DNA of 64,000 nucleotides, the filler included, from an uncultured bacterium (GTDB lineage Bacteria; DAOPZR01): the NCBI GenBank assembly GCA_964637655.1. It is 21 parts of 21 records of this genome, joined end to end, with 100 filler letters (N's around TTAATTAATTAA, not from the genome) between each part and the next. Parts side by side here need not be neighbours in the genome. Positions count along the whole stretch, not along the records: positions 38,080 to 41,040 come from CAZWUZ010000376.1; positions 41,141 to 44,098 come from CAZWUZ010000377.1; positions 44,199 to 47,151 come from CAZWUZ010000378.1; positions 47,252 to 50,118 come from CAZWUZ010000380.1; 17 more parts are not named here. The stretch is one strand, 5' to 3'. Within the stretch, counting starts at the first letter, position 1, and every line of letters starts with the position of its first letter. The notes under the pieces are model-generated. The model saw nothing but the letters and a program-made list of their open reading frames with translations, was not told the origin of the DNA and ran no database searches. Below, piece after piece: positions 39,515 through 50,218 of the stretch. The position numbers and the translations under genes were made by a program.

Positions 39515-39867
39515 TTCCCTTCCTCAGGCGGGGTTGCCCACTTCCGGTGCTATGCGAAACCTGTATTTCCGCCAACGTTATTTCGCTAATAACAGTATAT
39601 CATCGATGGCAATTTTCTGCCAGAGTGCAATGCGTCCATTTATCCCCGCAATGATGCCACCCACCTGGGGGCGTTCTGCGAGTTGGCGCAATTGCCCGGC
39701 CAACGTTTCGCGTGTCGCGGTCGATAGTGCCGACAAATCAGACATGACCTTCCCCCCTATTCCCGTGACTTTACGTATATACTTCTGCAATTTGCAACAC
39801 GTTGCAAGACGTAATCAATCATGCGTATCCCATTACCATTACTGTTGATAAGCAGGTGCTTATGATA

Positions 39868-41040
39868 TTACCTGGTGACAATATCGAGAAGAAAGACGGC
39901 GCAGATGAAATAGAGCACCGGGTGGATTTCGCGGTAACGGCCGCGCAGCAGGCGGAGCAGCACGAGGGTGATAAAACCGCAGCCGAGGCCCATGGAAATG
40001 GAGTAGGTCATCGGCATGAGGAGCATGGCCACAAAGAGCGGGAGCCCTTCTTCCACCGTCGAGAAATCGAGGAACCTGACCTCGGCCATCATCATGAAGC
40101 CGACGAGGACGAGCGCGGGGGCGGTGGCATAGGCGGGGACGGCGATCGCAATCGGGGCGAGGAACATGCTGAGCAGGAAGAGCACGGCGACCACCACCGC
40201 GGTCAGCCCGGTGCGGCCGCCGCTCTCCACCCCGGTGGCCGATTCGACATAACTGGTGGTCGAGGAGGTGCCGAGCAGCGCGGCGAACGGCGTGGCGACG
40301 GCATCGGCCTGCAGCGAGCGGCGCATGGTCGGGCAGTTGCCCTTGTCGTCCATCAGTTTCCCGGCAATCGACACGGAGACGAGCGTCCCGACGCTGTCGA
40401 ACAAATCCACAAAAGCGAACGAGATGATGACGCTCCAGAGCGACACATTCCAGAGTGGCGTGAGGATGTCGAGTTTGAGAAAGGCAGGCGCCAGCGACGG
40501 CGGCATGGTGACGAATTCGCGCGGCGGTTCGGTCACCCCCAGCAGCATGCCGAGCGCGGCCACTCCGAGAATCCCCGGCAGCAGCGCGCCTTTGACCTTG
40601 CGTGCGAGCAGGAAGGCCATGAAAATCAGCCCGCCCAGCCCGAGCAGCGGCGTGGGCGCCGTCAGGTCGCCCGCGGTGACGAGCGTGACGGGGTTGGGGA
40701 CGATCACCCCCATCTGCTGAAAACCGATCAGGGCGAGGAACATGCCGATACCGACAGCAATGGCGAGTTTGAGCGAGAGCGGGATGGCGCGCACGACCAT
40801 GTCGCGCACATTGGTCCAGGCGAGAATGACATTGAGCATCCCCGAGAGAAAAACGACCCCGAGCGCCTGCGTCCACGGCAGCTTCAGACCTATGCAGAGG
40901 GTGTAGGTGAACATGGCATTGAGCCCCATGCCCGGGGCCTGCGCGATGGGGACATTGGCCCAGAGTCCCATCACCAGCGACGCGAGGGCCGCGGCGAGGC
41001 AGGTGGAGGTGACGAGCGCCCCGCGTTCCATCCCCGATTC
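39868..41040 (-). CDS. NCS2/AzgA-family purine permease (5' truncated)
   Basis: AQAPGMGLNAMF, FVDLFDSVGTL, TTSYVESATGVESGGRTG, ATAPALVLVG. Confidence 0.92.
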   Translation of the reverse strand, partial: ESGMERGALVTSTCLAAALASLVMGLWANVPIAQAPGMGLNAMFTYTLCIGLKLPWTQALGVVFLSGMLNVILAWTNVRDMVVRAIPLSLKLAIAVGIGMFLALIGFQQMGVIVPNPVTLVTAGDLTAPTPLLGLGGLIFMAFLLARKVKGALLPGILGVAALGMLLGVTEPPREFVTMPPSLAPAFLKLDILTPLWNVSLWSVIISFAFVDLFDSVGTLVSVSIAGKLMDDKGNCPTMRRSLQADAVATPFAALLGTSSTTSYVESATGVESGGRTGLTAVVVAVLFLLSMFLAPIAIAVPAYATAPALVLVGFMMMAEVRFLDFSTVEEGLPLFVAMLLMPMTYSISMGLGCGFITLVLLRLLRGRYREIHPVLYFICAVFLLDIVTR

Positions 41041-41140
41041 NNNNNNNNNNNNNNNNNNNNNNNNNNNNNNNNNNNNNNNNNNNNTTAATTAATTAANNNN
41101 NNNNNNNNNNNNNNNNNNNNNNNNNNNNNNNNNNNNNNNN

Positions 41141-41571
<431 letters not shown>

Positions 41572-41663
41572 TTGATTCTCGGGTCTTTCACCCGACTCTG
41601 TACCGTGATGCACACTATTGTGTTGCCAACGAGCCGCATTTGACAACTGAATACGTAAATTTT

Positions 41664-41781
41664 TTCCGGCAGCCATAGCGAGGGGGATCCACCCGTTCCC
41701 ATACCGAACACGGCAGTTAAGCCCCTCAGCGCCGATGGTACTTCATCCCTGCGGATGCGGGAGAGTAGGACGCTGCCGGGA
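41664..41781 (+). rRNA. rrf: 5S rRNA
   Basis: CCCATACCGAACAC, GCCGATGGTAC, GAGAGTAGG. Complementary ends CCGGCAGC/GCTGCCGG. Confidence 0.97.
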
Positions 41782-41797
41782 TTTTTTTGCCCTCGCG

Positions 41798-41829
41798 AAG
41801 CGACAGGTATATGCCTGTCGCTTTTTTTT
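41798..41829 (+). terminator. Intrinsic terminator of the rrn operon
   Basis: GCGACAGG...CCTGTCGC hairpin followed by T8. Confidence 0.85.
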
Positions 41830-41844
41830 GTTGCGACTGCAACA

Positions 41845-41873
41845 TTGACATCAAAAGTACTGAATATTAGTAT
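41845..41873 (+). promoter_or_regulatory. Sigma70-type promoter
   Basis: TTGACA-17bp-TAGTAT. GGAG RBS before ATG 41905. Confidence 0.75.
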
Positions 41874-41904
41874 GTAGCGAGGACGTTGGAAAACGGAGAA
41901 GACC

Positions 41905-42789
41905 ATGCCACTGCGCAAACCAAACCTGCAGGATATACCCGACTTGTACAGCAAGGTCAAGGCGGCAACGGAATATATACTACAGAAACACGGACGGTTC
42001 AGTCCGGAGAAGACGATGTTCCGGACCGATATTATCAAGGCGATACTGACGGATTTCAGCGAAGAAAGATTCAATGAAGCGACGTTGTGGGGATATATCC
42101 AACGTGCCGCTAACGAACGAACACGCATCGCCTGCCCGGGGTTCAAACGAGGGTATTATCTCATTACCTCCGGACTGGCAGAAGAAGCAACTGCAGAAAC
42201 ACCCGGCAGTAAGATGAACAAACGGCAGCAACGTGAAAAACTGCTGTATCCGTTTTGTGAGGACTGGTTGCTGCTGCAGGGATATGCGAGGGCAGGAGTG
42301 CTGAAAACAATGGGCGACCGTTGGGGCACACCCGACGTTGTCGGCATCTCGCGCAGAGAAAATCATCTGGTCGGCCATTATCTGGAACTCGCGACCATAG
42401 AAGTGAAGGCATCAGCGGTCGACTGGAAAACACTGATTTTCGAGGCAGTATCGCACCGGCGATTTTCAAATCGTGCGTATTTTGCCTTCGGTTGTCCAGC
42501 CGACGAAGAAAATAAGACCGACCCTGATCTCCGCTACTATTGTGAACTGTTTGGCGTTGGGGCGCTGATGATTCTGCTGGACAATCAGCGGTATAAACTG
42601 TTGAATGAAGGGAAAGACCTGCGTGATCTGCAGTTGTCGAGGGAGGATGTTCTGGTGAAGGAATTGTATTCCGCGCCATATCAGACGGTACAGCGTCGCT
42701 ACCAATTGGATTTTGTCGAGAATGTGCTCGACATGAAGCACAGCGATGATGTGATCCGTTTCGGCCGGGCGTTGGAAGCAGCGGGATAG
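41905..42789 (+). CDS. Putative PD-(D/E)XK nuclease (COG2958/HrgA-like)
   Basis: EKLLYP...WGTPDVVG...IEVK...FEAVS...SNRAY. Visibly lower GC than neighbours. Confidence 0.7.
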   Translation: MPLRKPNLQDIPDLYSKVKAATEYILQKHGRFSPEKTMFRTDIIKAILTDFSEERFNEATLWGYIQRAANERTRIACPGFKRGYYLITSGLAEEATAETPGSKMNKRQQREKLLYPFCEDWLLLQGYARAGVLKTMGDRWGTPDVVGISRRENHLVGHYLELATIEVKASAVDWKTLIFEAVSHRRFSNRAYFAFGCPADEENKTDPDLRYYCELFGVGALMILLDNQRYKLLNEGKDLRDLQLSREDVLVKELYSAPYQTVQRRYQLDFVENVLDMKHSDDVIRFGRALEAAG

Positions 42790-42857
42790 GGGGAAAAGTG
42801 TAATGCAACAATGGCGCCTATCCGGCAACACATGGTCCGACTGATGACGGGAAAGAC

Positions 42858-44098
42858 ATGACCCCCGATCCACGCGCCACCGTCCCGGCAAAACCCGCAG
42901 CAACGCGCCCGGCGTGGGCGTGGTGGGGGATGCCTCCCGCCGTCGGTGACCTGCAATTCGCCCCGCGCCTCTGCGAGCGCGCGGCGGAATTCGAACAGCT
43001 CATTTTTGCTGACAAGCCGTCGTCGCCGCTCGACCGCGCCCTGCAACGCTACCAGCGCGAACAGAAAAAAATGGGGCGCAATGACCGCCTGCTGCTCGGC
43101 ACCGCGGTCTACGCCCTGGCGCGCAACCGCGAACTGCTGCGCGGCGCCTTTGCTGAGCCGCGTCCCGGCGCCCGGCTGCTGCTCGCGCTGCTCGACGCGG
43201 TCGGCCAGTCCGACGCGTTCACCTTTCTCCCCGCGAGCCTCGGTCTGCCCGCGGCGCTGACCCGCGTGCAGGCACAGCGCGCCGCCGCGATTGCTACGCT
43301 GCAGGCGGCGGAGGAACAGGCGATCATGCAGCTTGAGCCGTCCACGCGCGCAGCCTTCACCACGCTCTGCGGGGTGCCGGACTGGTGGCTTACCGACGGG
43401 CCGTGGCTGACGCTGGGTGATGCGCTCGCGGAACTCTCCCGTCTCAAGCAGCCGCAGTCGCTCATCCTGCGCGTCAATGCGCATCGCACCGACCGCGAGA
43501 CCGTGCTGGCGGAACTGGCGACGCTCGGCATTCCCGCCACCCCGACCGTGCGCAGCCCGTGGGGCATTGTCATCGGCGGGCGGCACAACGTCCTCGGCAC
43601 GAAACTCTGGCGTGACGGACTCATCGAGGTACAGGACGAGGGAAGTCAACTGGCCGCCTGCCTGTGTGACCCGAAACCGAACGAGCAGGTGCTCGACCTC
43701 TGCGCGGGCGGGGGGGGCAAGTCGCTGGCGCTGGCCGCGGCGCGGCGCAACCGCGGCACACTGGTCGCCACGGACACCGATGTGCGCCGGCTTGCCGACG
43801 TGCGGCAGCGCGCGTCACGCGCACAACTCGACAATATCATCGTCGCGCGCACAGCTGACGAAGTGTTGCAGCACGGGCCCTATCAGCTCGTGCTGGCCGA
43901 CGCGCCCTGCTCGTCGTCGGGCACCCTGCGGCGCAATCCCGACGTGGGCTGGCGCTGGACGCAGGATGACGTCGCGCGCCTGACGCAGATCCAGGCGGAG
44001 GTGCTCGACCGTGCGGCCGCACTGGTCGCCCCCGGCGGCCATCTGGTCTACGCCACCTGCAGCATATTCCCTGCGGAAAACGCACAACCGTCGGCGGC
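42858..44098 (+). CDS. RsmB/NOP-family RNA m5C methyltransferase (3' truncated)
   Basis: QDEGSQL, DLCAGGGGK, DAPCSSSGTLRRNPD, YATCS. Confidence 0.92.
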
Positions 44099-44198
44099 NN
44101 NNNNNNNNNNNNNNNNNNNNNNNNNNNNNNNNNNNNNNNNNNTTAATTAATTAANNNNNNNNNNNNNNNNNNNNNNNNNNNNNNNNNNNNNNNNNNNN

Positions 44199-45500
44199 TG
44201 GGAACTGCCGCTCTTTCACAGCGTGACGGTGCTGCTGATGAAACTGTTCGGCTATCAGGAGCTGCTCGGCCGTCTGGTTTCGATCATGTTCGCGCTGCTC
44301 GCGGGATGGCTGCTGTACCTGATTGTCAGGCGCGATTATGCGGAGCCGGTCGCGCTGCTGGCACTGCTGGTCTACCTGCTCCTGCCGCTGCAGATCCAGC
44401 AGACGCAGACCTTCACACCGTTCTCGTCGTACCACTTTGTGGTGCTGCTCGCCTGGTATGCGCTGCAACGCTGGCTGGCCGGCGGAGAAAAACGCTGGTG
44501 GTGTGCCGCCGCGGCGGCGATCGTTTTTGCCGTGCTGGTGCGCAAGTACAGCCTGCCGCCGCTGTTTTTCGTCATGGTGGCGTATGCCTGGCGCGACGGG
44601 CGGCGGGGGTGGTCGGGACCGGGCTGGGCGGGACTGTTCGCGGTGCTGCTGGTCGCGGCGGTCATGGCGGTAACGGTTTACGCGCCGGACATTCCCGACC
44701 GTTCCTATGCGCATCTCGGCGGCTACTCGATTCTGGACAAGACACCGCAGCAGATTGCCGGCAGTTTTGCCCGTTACGCGCGGACGATCGCGGTTGAAGT
44801 ACTCACCCCGGCGGGCTGTCTGCTCGCGCTGGTCGGGCTCAGCATCGGCTGGCGGCGCGAACGGGAGAAACTGCTGCCGTTCCTGACCCTGACAGCGGGA
44901 ACCCTGGCCGTCTGCCTCTGCTACCTGCTCTGGCAGGAGTACGACCTGATGATACTCGGCATCCCCGCGGCGCTGGGTATCGCGCTGACGCTGGCGGCGC
45001 TGTGGCCCGGGCGGCGCGTACTCACGACGGCACTGCTGGGAACGCTCGTGCTCAGTTCGGCATGGCAGCTGTATCAATGGAAGAAGGAGGACCGCAGCTA
45101 CCGCCTGCGGGTGTACCGGCAATTCTCCTGCTTCGCCGACGCGGTGCAGGCGCAGACGCCGGCGGATGCCGTGGTCCTGTACGGCGTGCTGCCCCGCAGC
45201 CAGACACTCGACCCGCGCTACTATTATCTCACCGACCGTCGTGGCGGCATCATCCCGTTTTCCCACCCGGAATTTGCGCGGGTTGTGGCACAGTGCGCGG
45301 AGCATGGCGTCGGCTATCTGGTGACGCCCTATGCCGCGTCGCTGGCTGCCGACAGCATCGCCGCAGGTGCACTTGCCGGCTCGTACCGGAAGCTGTACGA
45401 CTGTGATGGTGTTGCCGTCTATGACTTGCAGTACACGCCAACTGATGCGGCAGATACGGGTGGTTCGTCCTCTGACTATTTCTTGCTGCCAAATATATAG
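44199..45500 (+). CDS. ArnT/GT39-like membrane glycosyltransferase (5' truncated)
   Basis: LFGYQELLGRLVS motif, many TMs, periplasmic C-terminal tail. Confidence 0.7.
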   Translation, partial: WELPLFHSVTVLLMKLFGYQELLGRLVSIMFALLAGWLLYLIVRRDYAEPVALLALLVYLLLPLQIQQTQTFTPFSSYHFVVLLAWYALQRWLAGGEKRWWCAAAAAIVFAVLVRKYSLPPLFFVMVAYAWRDGRRGWSGPGWAGLFAVLLVAAVMAVTVYAPDIPDRSYAHLGGYSILDKTPQQIAGSFARYARTIAVEVLTPAGCLLALVGLSIGWRREREKLLPFLTLTAGTLAVCLCYLLWQEYDLMILGIPAALGIALTLAALWPGRRVLTTALLGTLVLSSAWQLYQWKKEDRSYRLRVYRQFSCFADAVQAQTPADAVVLYGVLPRSQTLDPRYYYLTDRRGGIIPFSHPEFARVVAQCAEHGVGYLVTPYAASLAADSIAAGALAGSYRKLYDCDGVAVYDLQYTPTDAADTGGSSSDYFLLPNI

Positions 45501-45618
45501 TCAGATTCTGGGTCCGATGGGTGCTAGGCTTTTCGGGATATAGAATGCGAAAGATGAAATCAGGAACAGCGCAACCAAGATATTTGCTAAAATAATTGTC
45601 AGTGGGAGGAAAACGATA

Positions 45619-45738
45619 TTGATAATCTGGTTGATGGGCATATCAGGGGCAGGCATGACCACGCTCGGCCAGGGATTGCAGACTCATTGGCGGTCGCACG
45701 GAATTACGGCGCTGCTGATTGATGGTGACCTGGTGTGA
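45619..45738 (+). pseudogene. Adenylyl-sulfate kinase (CysC-like) N-terminal remnant
   Basis: GGAGG RBS then IIWLMGISGAGMTTLG...LLIDGDLV-stop. Confidence 0.65.
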
Positions 45739-45871
45739 GACTTTACTGGCAGGTCCAAGATGGAGGCAACTGTGCAAGATGCGTGAAGGCGCGATAATGG
45801 TCGCGAGCGGCGGAGACCGGCTTGCGGTGATGGCGTTTCGCCCATGAATCCGGAGGAGATAGTGCGTTCTT

Positions 45872-47151
45872 GTGAGTAAAATAAAGAGGTTGATATTCAA
45901 AAATATCGCCGGTAGTATGGTGCTGCATGTCGTCAGTCAGTTGTTTTACCTTGCTTTCATCGTGGTTTTCGCCCGAGTGCTCGGGCAGGAGGCCTATGGC
46001 AGCTATTGCTATGCGTTGAATTTCGCCAACTTGTTTACTTACTTTACCGGGTTCGGACTGTCATACCAGTTGAATCGCGAAATCGCCATCGCTCGGGAAC
46101 GTACACGCAATCTGCTTAATGCCTGCATTAGTTTGACGGCTGTAATTAACCTGGCGGCACTGCTGATAGTGATGGCGATACTGACTACGGTCGAACAACC
46201 TGCCGAAGTCAAGGCGGGAATTGTCATATTCTTCCTTGGGTTGTGCGTTAACGCCGTGGTTTCGCTTTATTACGCGGTGTTTCGCGCCCTCGATCGTATG
46301 GTTTACCAGTACAGGTTGTTGTTCTGGTGGCGGTTGGTTTTCGCGGCGGCCGGAATAGCACTTGTGTTTATCGGGGTATCGCTCGTGGTGTTCAGCCTGG
46401 TGTTCCTGCTGTCGCAGATAGCAATCCTTGCTGCCGGTTGGTTCATGCTGAAAAAACAGGTTGCCGGCTACCGCTACGTTTTTACCCTGCAAGGCAGTCC
46501 GATACTGCTGCAAACTGGGCTGCTGCTGGCGATCAGCGGGGGGCTGCTTGGCATAAATACACGAATTGACACGGTTATACTTGGCAATTTCAGGTCTCTG
46601 GCGGAAACCGGGCTGTACAATGCCGTTTACAACGTTACTCTGGCGATGTCGTTTCTGGTTGGTATTTACGGTATGGGTTTTTTTCCGGAAATGGCGCGCA
46701 GTTTCGCGAGGGACCGGGACCGACTCATCCTCGTTTATACGAAAATGCTCAAACTGCTAATTGTGCTGATGGTGCCTTTCTTCTCGTTCTGGTTGAATTA
46801 CGGCGATCCCGTGTTCACGGCCGTTTTTGGCGCGCAATATCTTCCAGCAACGCGCATATTGGAAATCATGGTGGCGGCCGAACTGTTTGCATGGGTTTCA
46901 TTCATCAACAATCAGTTCTTCATGATCGTGAAGAACATGAAGGTGATGATTGTGGCCCTGTCCCTGGCCGCACTGCTTAATCTGGGATTGAATTTGCTGT
47001 ATATCCCACGATATGGTTATATTGCTGCAGCGCTAACCACGTTGGCCAGTGAGTTCTCGCTGATGCTGGTCTCGACCGGAATGGTCGCTGCCCTGTTTCG
47101 CCGGCATTTCTATCGGAGGGAAACCAGGAAAGTGATAATCATGGTGCTATG
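45872..47151 (+). CDS. Wzx-type polysaccharide flippase (3' truncated)
   Basis: ARVLGQEAYG, RIDTVILG, GLYNAVY, NLLYIPRYGYIAAA. Many TMs, lower GC. Confidence 0.9.
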
Positions 47152-47360
47152 NNNNNNNNNNNNNNNNNNNNNNNNNNNNNNNNNNNNNNNNNNNNTTAAT
47201 TAATTAANNNNNNNNNNNNNNNNNNNNNNNNNNNNNNNNNNNNNNNNNNNNCCATCGGCAGCGTGACTGCCGATGCCGGCCGCATCACGGTGACACCATG
47301 AACCACGAGAGCACTTCACCATGCGGGATACCATGCAGGGTAAGGGCAGCCGGCGCGAGT

Positions 47361-47407
47361 CCCCCTCACCTGTCGCTGCGCGACTTCCTCTCCCGCCGGG
47401 AGAGGGG
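47361..47407 (+). repeat. REP-like palindrome CCCCTCACC...CCTCTCCC-GCC-GGGAGAGG
   Basis: 8-bp perfect stem in intergenic DNA. Only one copy in the window. Confidence 0.5.
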
Positions 47408-47422
47408 AACAATGGAACTGCC

Positions 47423-47692
47423 ATGCTCTTCGTGCTGACCTTTCACACCACGCATGACGCGCTCTCTGCCGCTGCCGCCTGCGCCGCAGCAAGCATCCCG
47501 CACGAGAAGATTCCCACCCCGCGCGTGCTCAGCAGCGAGTGCGGGTTTGCCGTGCAGGCAGGACCGGTCGATGAGACCGCGCTCACAAACCTTATCCAGC
47601 AGCACCCCCTGCGGCATGAAGCGGTTTATCGTGTCACACAGGAGAATGCAACCTGCACCTATACCCGATGCGACTGCGGAGGAACAACATGA
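47423..47692 (+). CDS. DUF3343-family small protein (putative Se/S carrier)
   Basis: TFHTTHDAL...IPTPRVLSSECG. Confidence 0.8.
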   Translation: MLFVLTFHTTHDALSAAAACAAASIPHEKIPTPRVLSSECGFAVQAGPVDETALTNLIQQHPLRHEAVYRVTQENATCTYTRCDCGGTT

Positions 47693-48765
47693 AGGATATT
47701 TTTTCCGGCACGCGCGGCATGATTATCGTCGGCATCATCATCGGCATACTTGCCCCGCTGCTGCAGTATGCCGGCAATCCCGGCAACATGGGGATATGTG
47801 TCGCCTGTTTCGAGCGCGACATCGCCGGCGCCCTGCGCCTGCACACAACCGCGGTGGTGCAGTATCTGCGCCCGGAGATTGCCGGGCTGGTGCTCGGCGG
47901 CCTGCTGGCGGCACTGCTCACCGGCGAATTCCGCGCCCGCACCGGTTCGGCACCTGCGCTGCGGTTCATGCTCGGCCTGTTCGCGATGATCGGCGCACTG
48001 GTATTTCTCGGCTGTCCGTGGCGCGCGCTGCTGCGCCTCGCGGGCGGGGATGCCAGCGCGCTGTTCGGACTGGGCGGACTCATCGCGGGGATTGCGCTCG
48101 GGGTACGATTGCTCACCGCCGGTTTCAATCCCGGGCGCAACTACCCGGCCAAGTGGCCGGTCGGGGCGATGCTCACCTTCCTCGTGCTGGTGCTGCTGGC
48201 GTTCGTCATCGCGCAGCCGTCATTCATCACCACCAGCAGCAGCGGCCCCGGGTCGCAGCATGCACCCGCCGCACTGGCGCTGCTGGCCGGCATCACCGTC
48301 GGGTTCCTCGCCCAACGCTCGCGTTTCTGCACGGTCGGTGCGTTCCGCGACCTGTTCCTCATCCGCAACGGGCACCTGCTGCGCGGCGTGCTGGCGCTGC
48401 TGGCCACGGCGTTCGTGGTCAACCTGCTGCTCGGCCAGTTCCATCCCGGATTTACCATCGCTGACGGCAAGCCGCAGCCGGTGGCGCATACCGCGCAGGT
48501 CTGGAACTTCCTCGGGATGGTCCTCGCTGGACTGGCTTTCACGCTCGCCGGCGGCTGCCCGGGACGCCAGCTGGTGCTGGCCGGCGAAGGTGACGGCGAC
48601 GCGGCGGTATTCGTGCTCGGCATGGTTGCTGGCGCGGCTGTCGCGCACAATTTCATGCTTGCCAGTTCGCCGGCGGGGCCGGGTGCCAACGGCCCGGTGG
48701 CGGTCTTTGTCGGGCTGGTCTTCTGCCTGCTCGCCGGCATCTCGATGCGTGAGAAAGGGGCATAA
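47689..48765 (+). CDS. yedE: YedE-family putative selenium transporter
   Basis: GNPGNMGICVACFERDIAGAL, VQYLRPEI, FLGCPWR, RSRFC, GGCPGRQ. Confidence 0.88.
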   Translation: MKDIFSGTRGMIIVGIIIGILAPLLQYAGNPGNMGICVACFERDIAGALRLHTTAVVQYLRPEIAGLVLGGLLAALLTGEFRARTGSAPALRFMLGLFAMIGALVFLGCPWRALLRLAGGDASALFGLGGLIAGIALGVRLLTAGFNPGRNYPAKWPVGAMLTFLVLVLLAFVIAQPSFITTSSSGPGSQHAPAALALLAGITVGFLAQRSRFCTVGAFRDLFLIRNGHLLRGVLALLATAFVVNLLLGQFHPGFTIADGKPQPVAHTAQVWNFLGMVLAGLAFTLAGGCPGRQLVLAGEGDGDAAVFVLGMVAGAAVAHNFMLASSPAGPGANGPVAVFVGLVFCLLAGISMREKGA

Positions 48766-48766
48766 C

Positions 48767-48985
48767 ATGGAGACCATCATCGACGCGCGGGGGCTTTCCT
48801 GCCCGCACCCGGTCATCAAGGTCAAGCAGGCGTTAGACAACGGCATTGCCGGCTGCACCGTGCTGGTGGATAACGCGGCCGCAAAGGAAAATGTCATCCG
48901 GTTTGCCGAGAATGCCGGCGCCACCATTGACCGCATCGTGGCGGAGAACAGCGAGTTCCGCATCACCATCAGCAACAGTCGCTGA
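48767..48985 (+). CDS. TusA/SirA/YedF-like sulfur (selenium) carrier
   Basis: IDARGLSCPHPV...VLVDN.AAKENV. Confidence 0.9.
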   Translation: METIIDARGLSCPHPVIKVKQALDNGIAGCTVLVDNAAAKENVIRFAENAGATIDRIVAENSEFRITISNSR

Positions 48986-49036
48986 GCGCGCTTTACCGCG
49001 CCGGCCGGGTGTGGTATGGTCGCCGCGGGAGGGAGC

Positions 49037-49291
49037 ATGACACCGGCCGAATCAGCAACTGCTGCAGCGCATCAGACCGAACTGTCGCCTGACGACCTCA
49101 ACGCGGTCACCGGCGGCATTGCGCCGGTCAGCGCGGTCGCTGCCGGCGGCGGCACCGGGTGGCAGACCTTTTACCGGTCGCCGGTACCTGACCGCCCGCA
49201 AGCCGCATCATCCGCTTCTTCCCGGCACGAGCCGCCGGCACCGGCACCCGTACCGCATCCGACCAGCCGCACTCTCAACGTACGCATATGA
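49037..49291 (+). CDS. Small peptide with double-glycine leader motif
   Basis: GGAGGGAG RBS. ELSPDDLNAVTGG. Stop overlaps the downstream ATG. Confidence 0.6.
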   Translation: MTPAESATAAAHQTELSPDDLNAVTGGIAPVSAVAAGGGTGWQTFYRSPVPDRPQAASSASSRHEPPAPAPVPHPTSRTLNVRI

Positions 49292-50118
49292 CCAGAGCGC
49301 TGACCCCGGCGCAGGGGTTCACCTACGCCCTGCTGGCGATGCTCATCTGGAGCACCACCGCGGTGCAGGTCAAACTGCTGCAGATGAGCGCAGCCAACCT
49401 GTCTGCGCTGGTCGCACTCATGGCCGCAGTCGGCATTGGCCTCTGGCTGCTCATCACCCGGCAGTTCGCCCTGCTGCACGTGCCCGCGCGCCATTGGAAA
49501 TTTCTGCTCATTTTCGGCGCCGGGGCAGCGGTCAATTCGCTGACCTATTTTCTCGCCTTCGCCAACACCAGCACCGCCAATACGCTCATTTCCCACTACA
49601 CCGCGCCGGTGATGGTGCTGCTGCTCGCGCCGCTTTTTATCAACGAGCGGGTCTCGTGGTTCGCGCTGCTGCCGCTGCTCCTCGCGCTGTGGGGAATGTG
49701 GCTGATCACCGGCGGCGGCGCGGTGAGCGGGCGCGACCTGGCAGGCATCGGCTACGGGGTTGCCTCCGCCTTCGCCTACGCGGTGGTGATGCTCGCCGGG
49801 CGGCGCATCCCCGCCACGCTGCATCCCGCGGCGATCATGTTCTGGCAGTCGGTCATCGTCGGCGCCTGCCTCCTGCCGCTCATCGAGACGCCGGTGACGT
49901 TTTCGCCCGACGTCTGGTTTTTCCTCATCACCTTCCCGGCATTCAATGTCGCCATCGCCGGCATCCTCTTCTTCCGCTCACTCACCGCCATCAAGGCATT
50001 CACTGTTTCCATTCTCGGCTACATCGAACCGGTGGGCGCCATTCTCATCGCCGTGCCGGTGCTGGGCGAACACCTGACGACGCCGGTGGTCAGCGGCGGC
50101 CTGCTCATTCTGTTGTCG
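49288..50118 (+). CDS. EamA/DMT-family transporter (3' truncated)
   Basis: About 10 TM. YTAPVMV...INERVS, YIEPVGA...VLGEHLT. Confidence 0.9.
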
Positions 50119-50218
50119 NNNNNNNNNNNNNNNNNNNNNNNNNNNNNNNNNNNNNNNNNNNNTTAATTAATTAANNNNNNNNNNNNNNNNNNNNNNNNNN
50201 NNNNNNNNNNNNNNNNNN

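Noticed and set aside
39578-39790. Short minus-strand ORF upstream of the MAD3-like ATPase as mad1
   Set aside because: No recognisable HTH or other motif. Cannot be supported without an HMM search.
47423-48985. Possible selenocysteine (in-frame TGA) in the yedE cluster
   Set aside because: The ORFs have ordinary Cys at the motif positions and end at plausible lengths.
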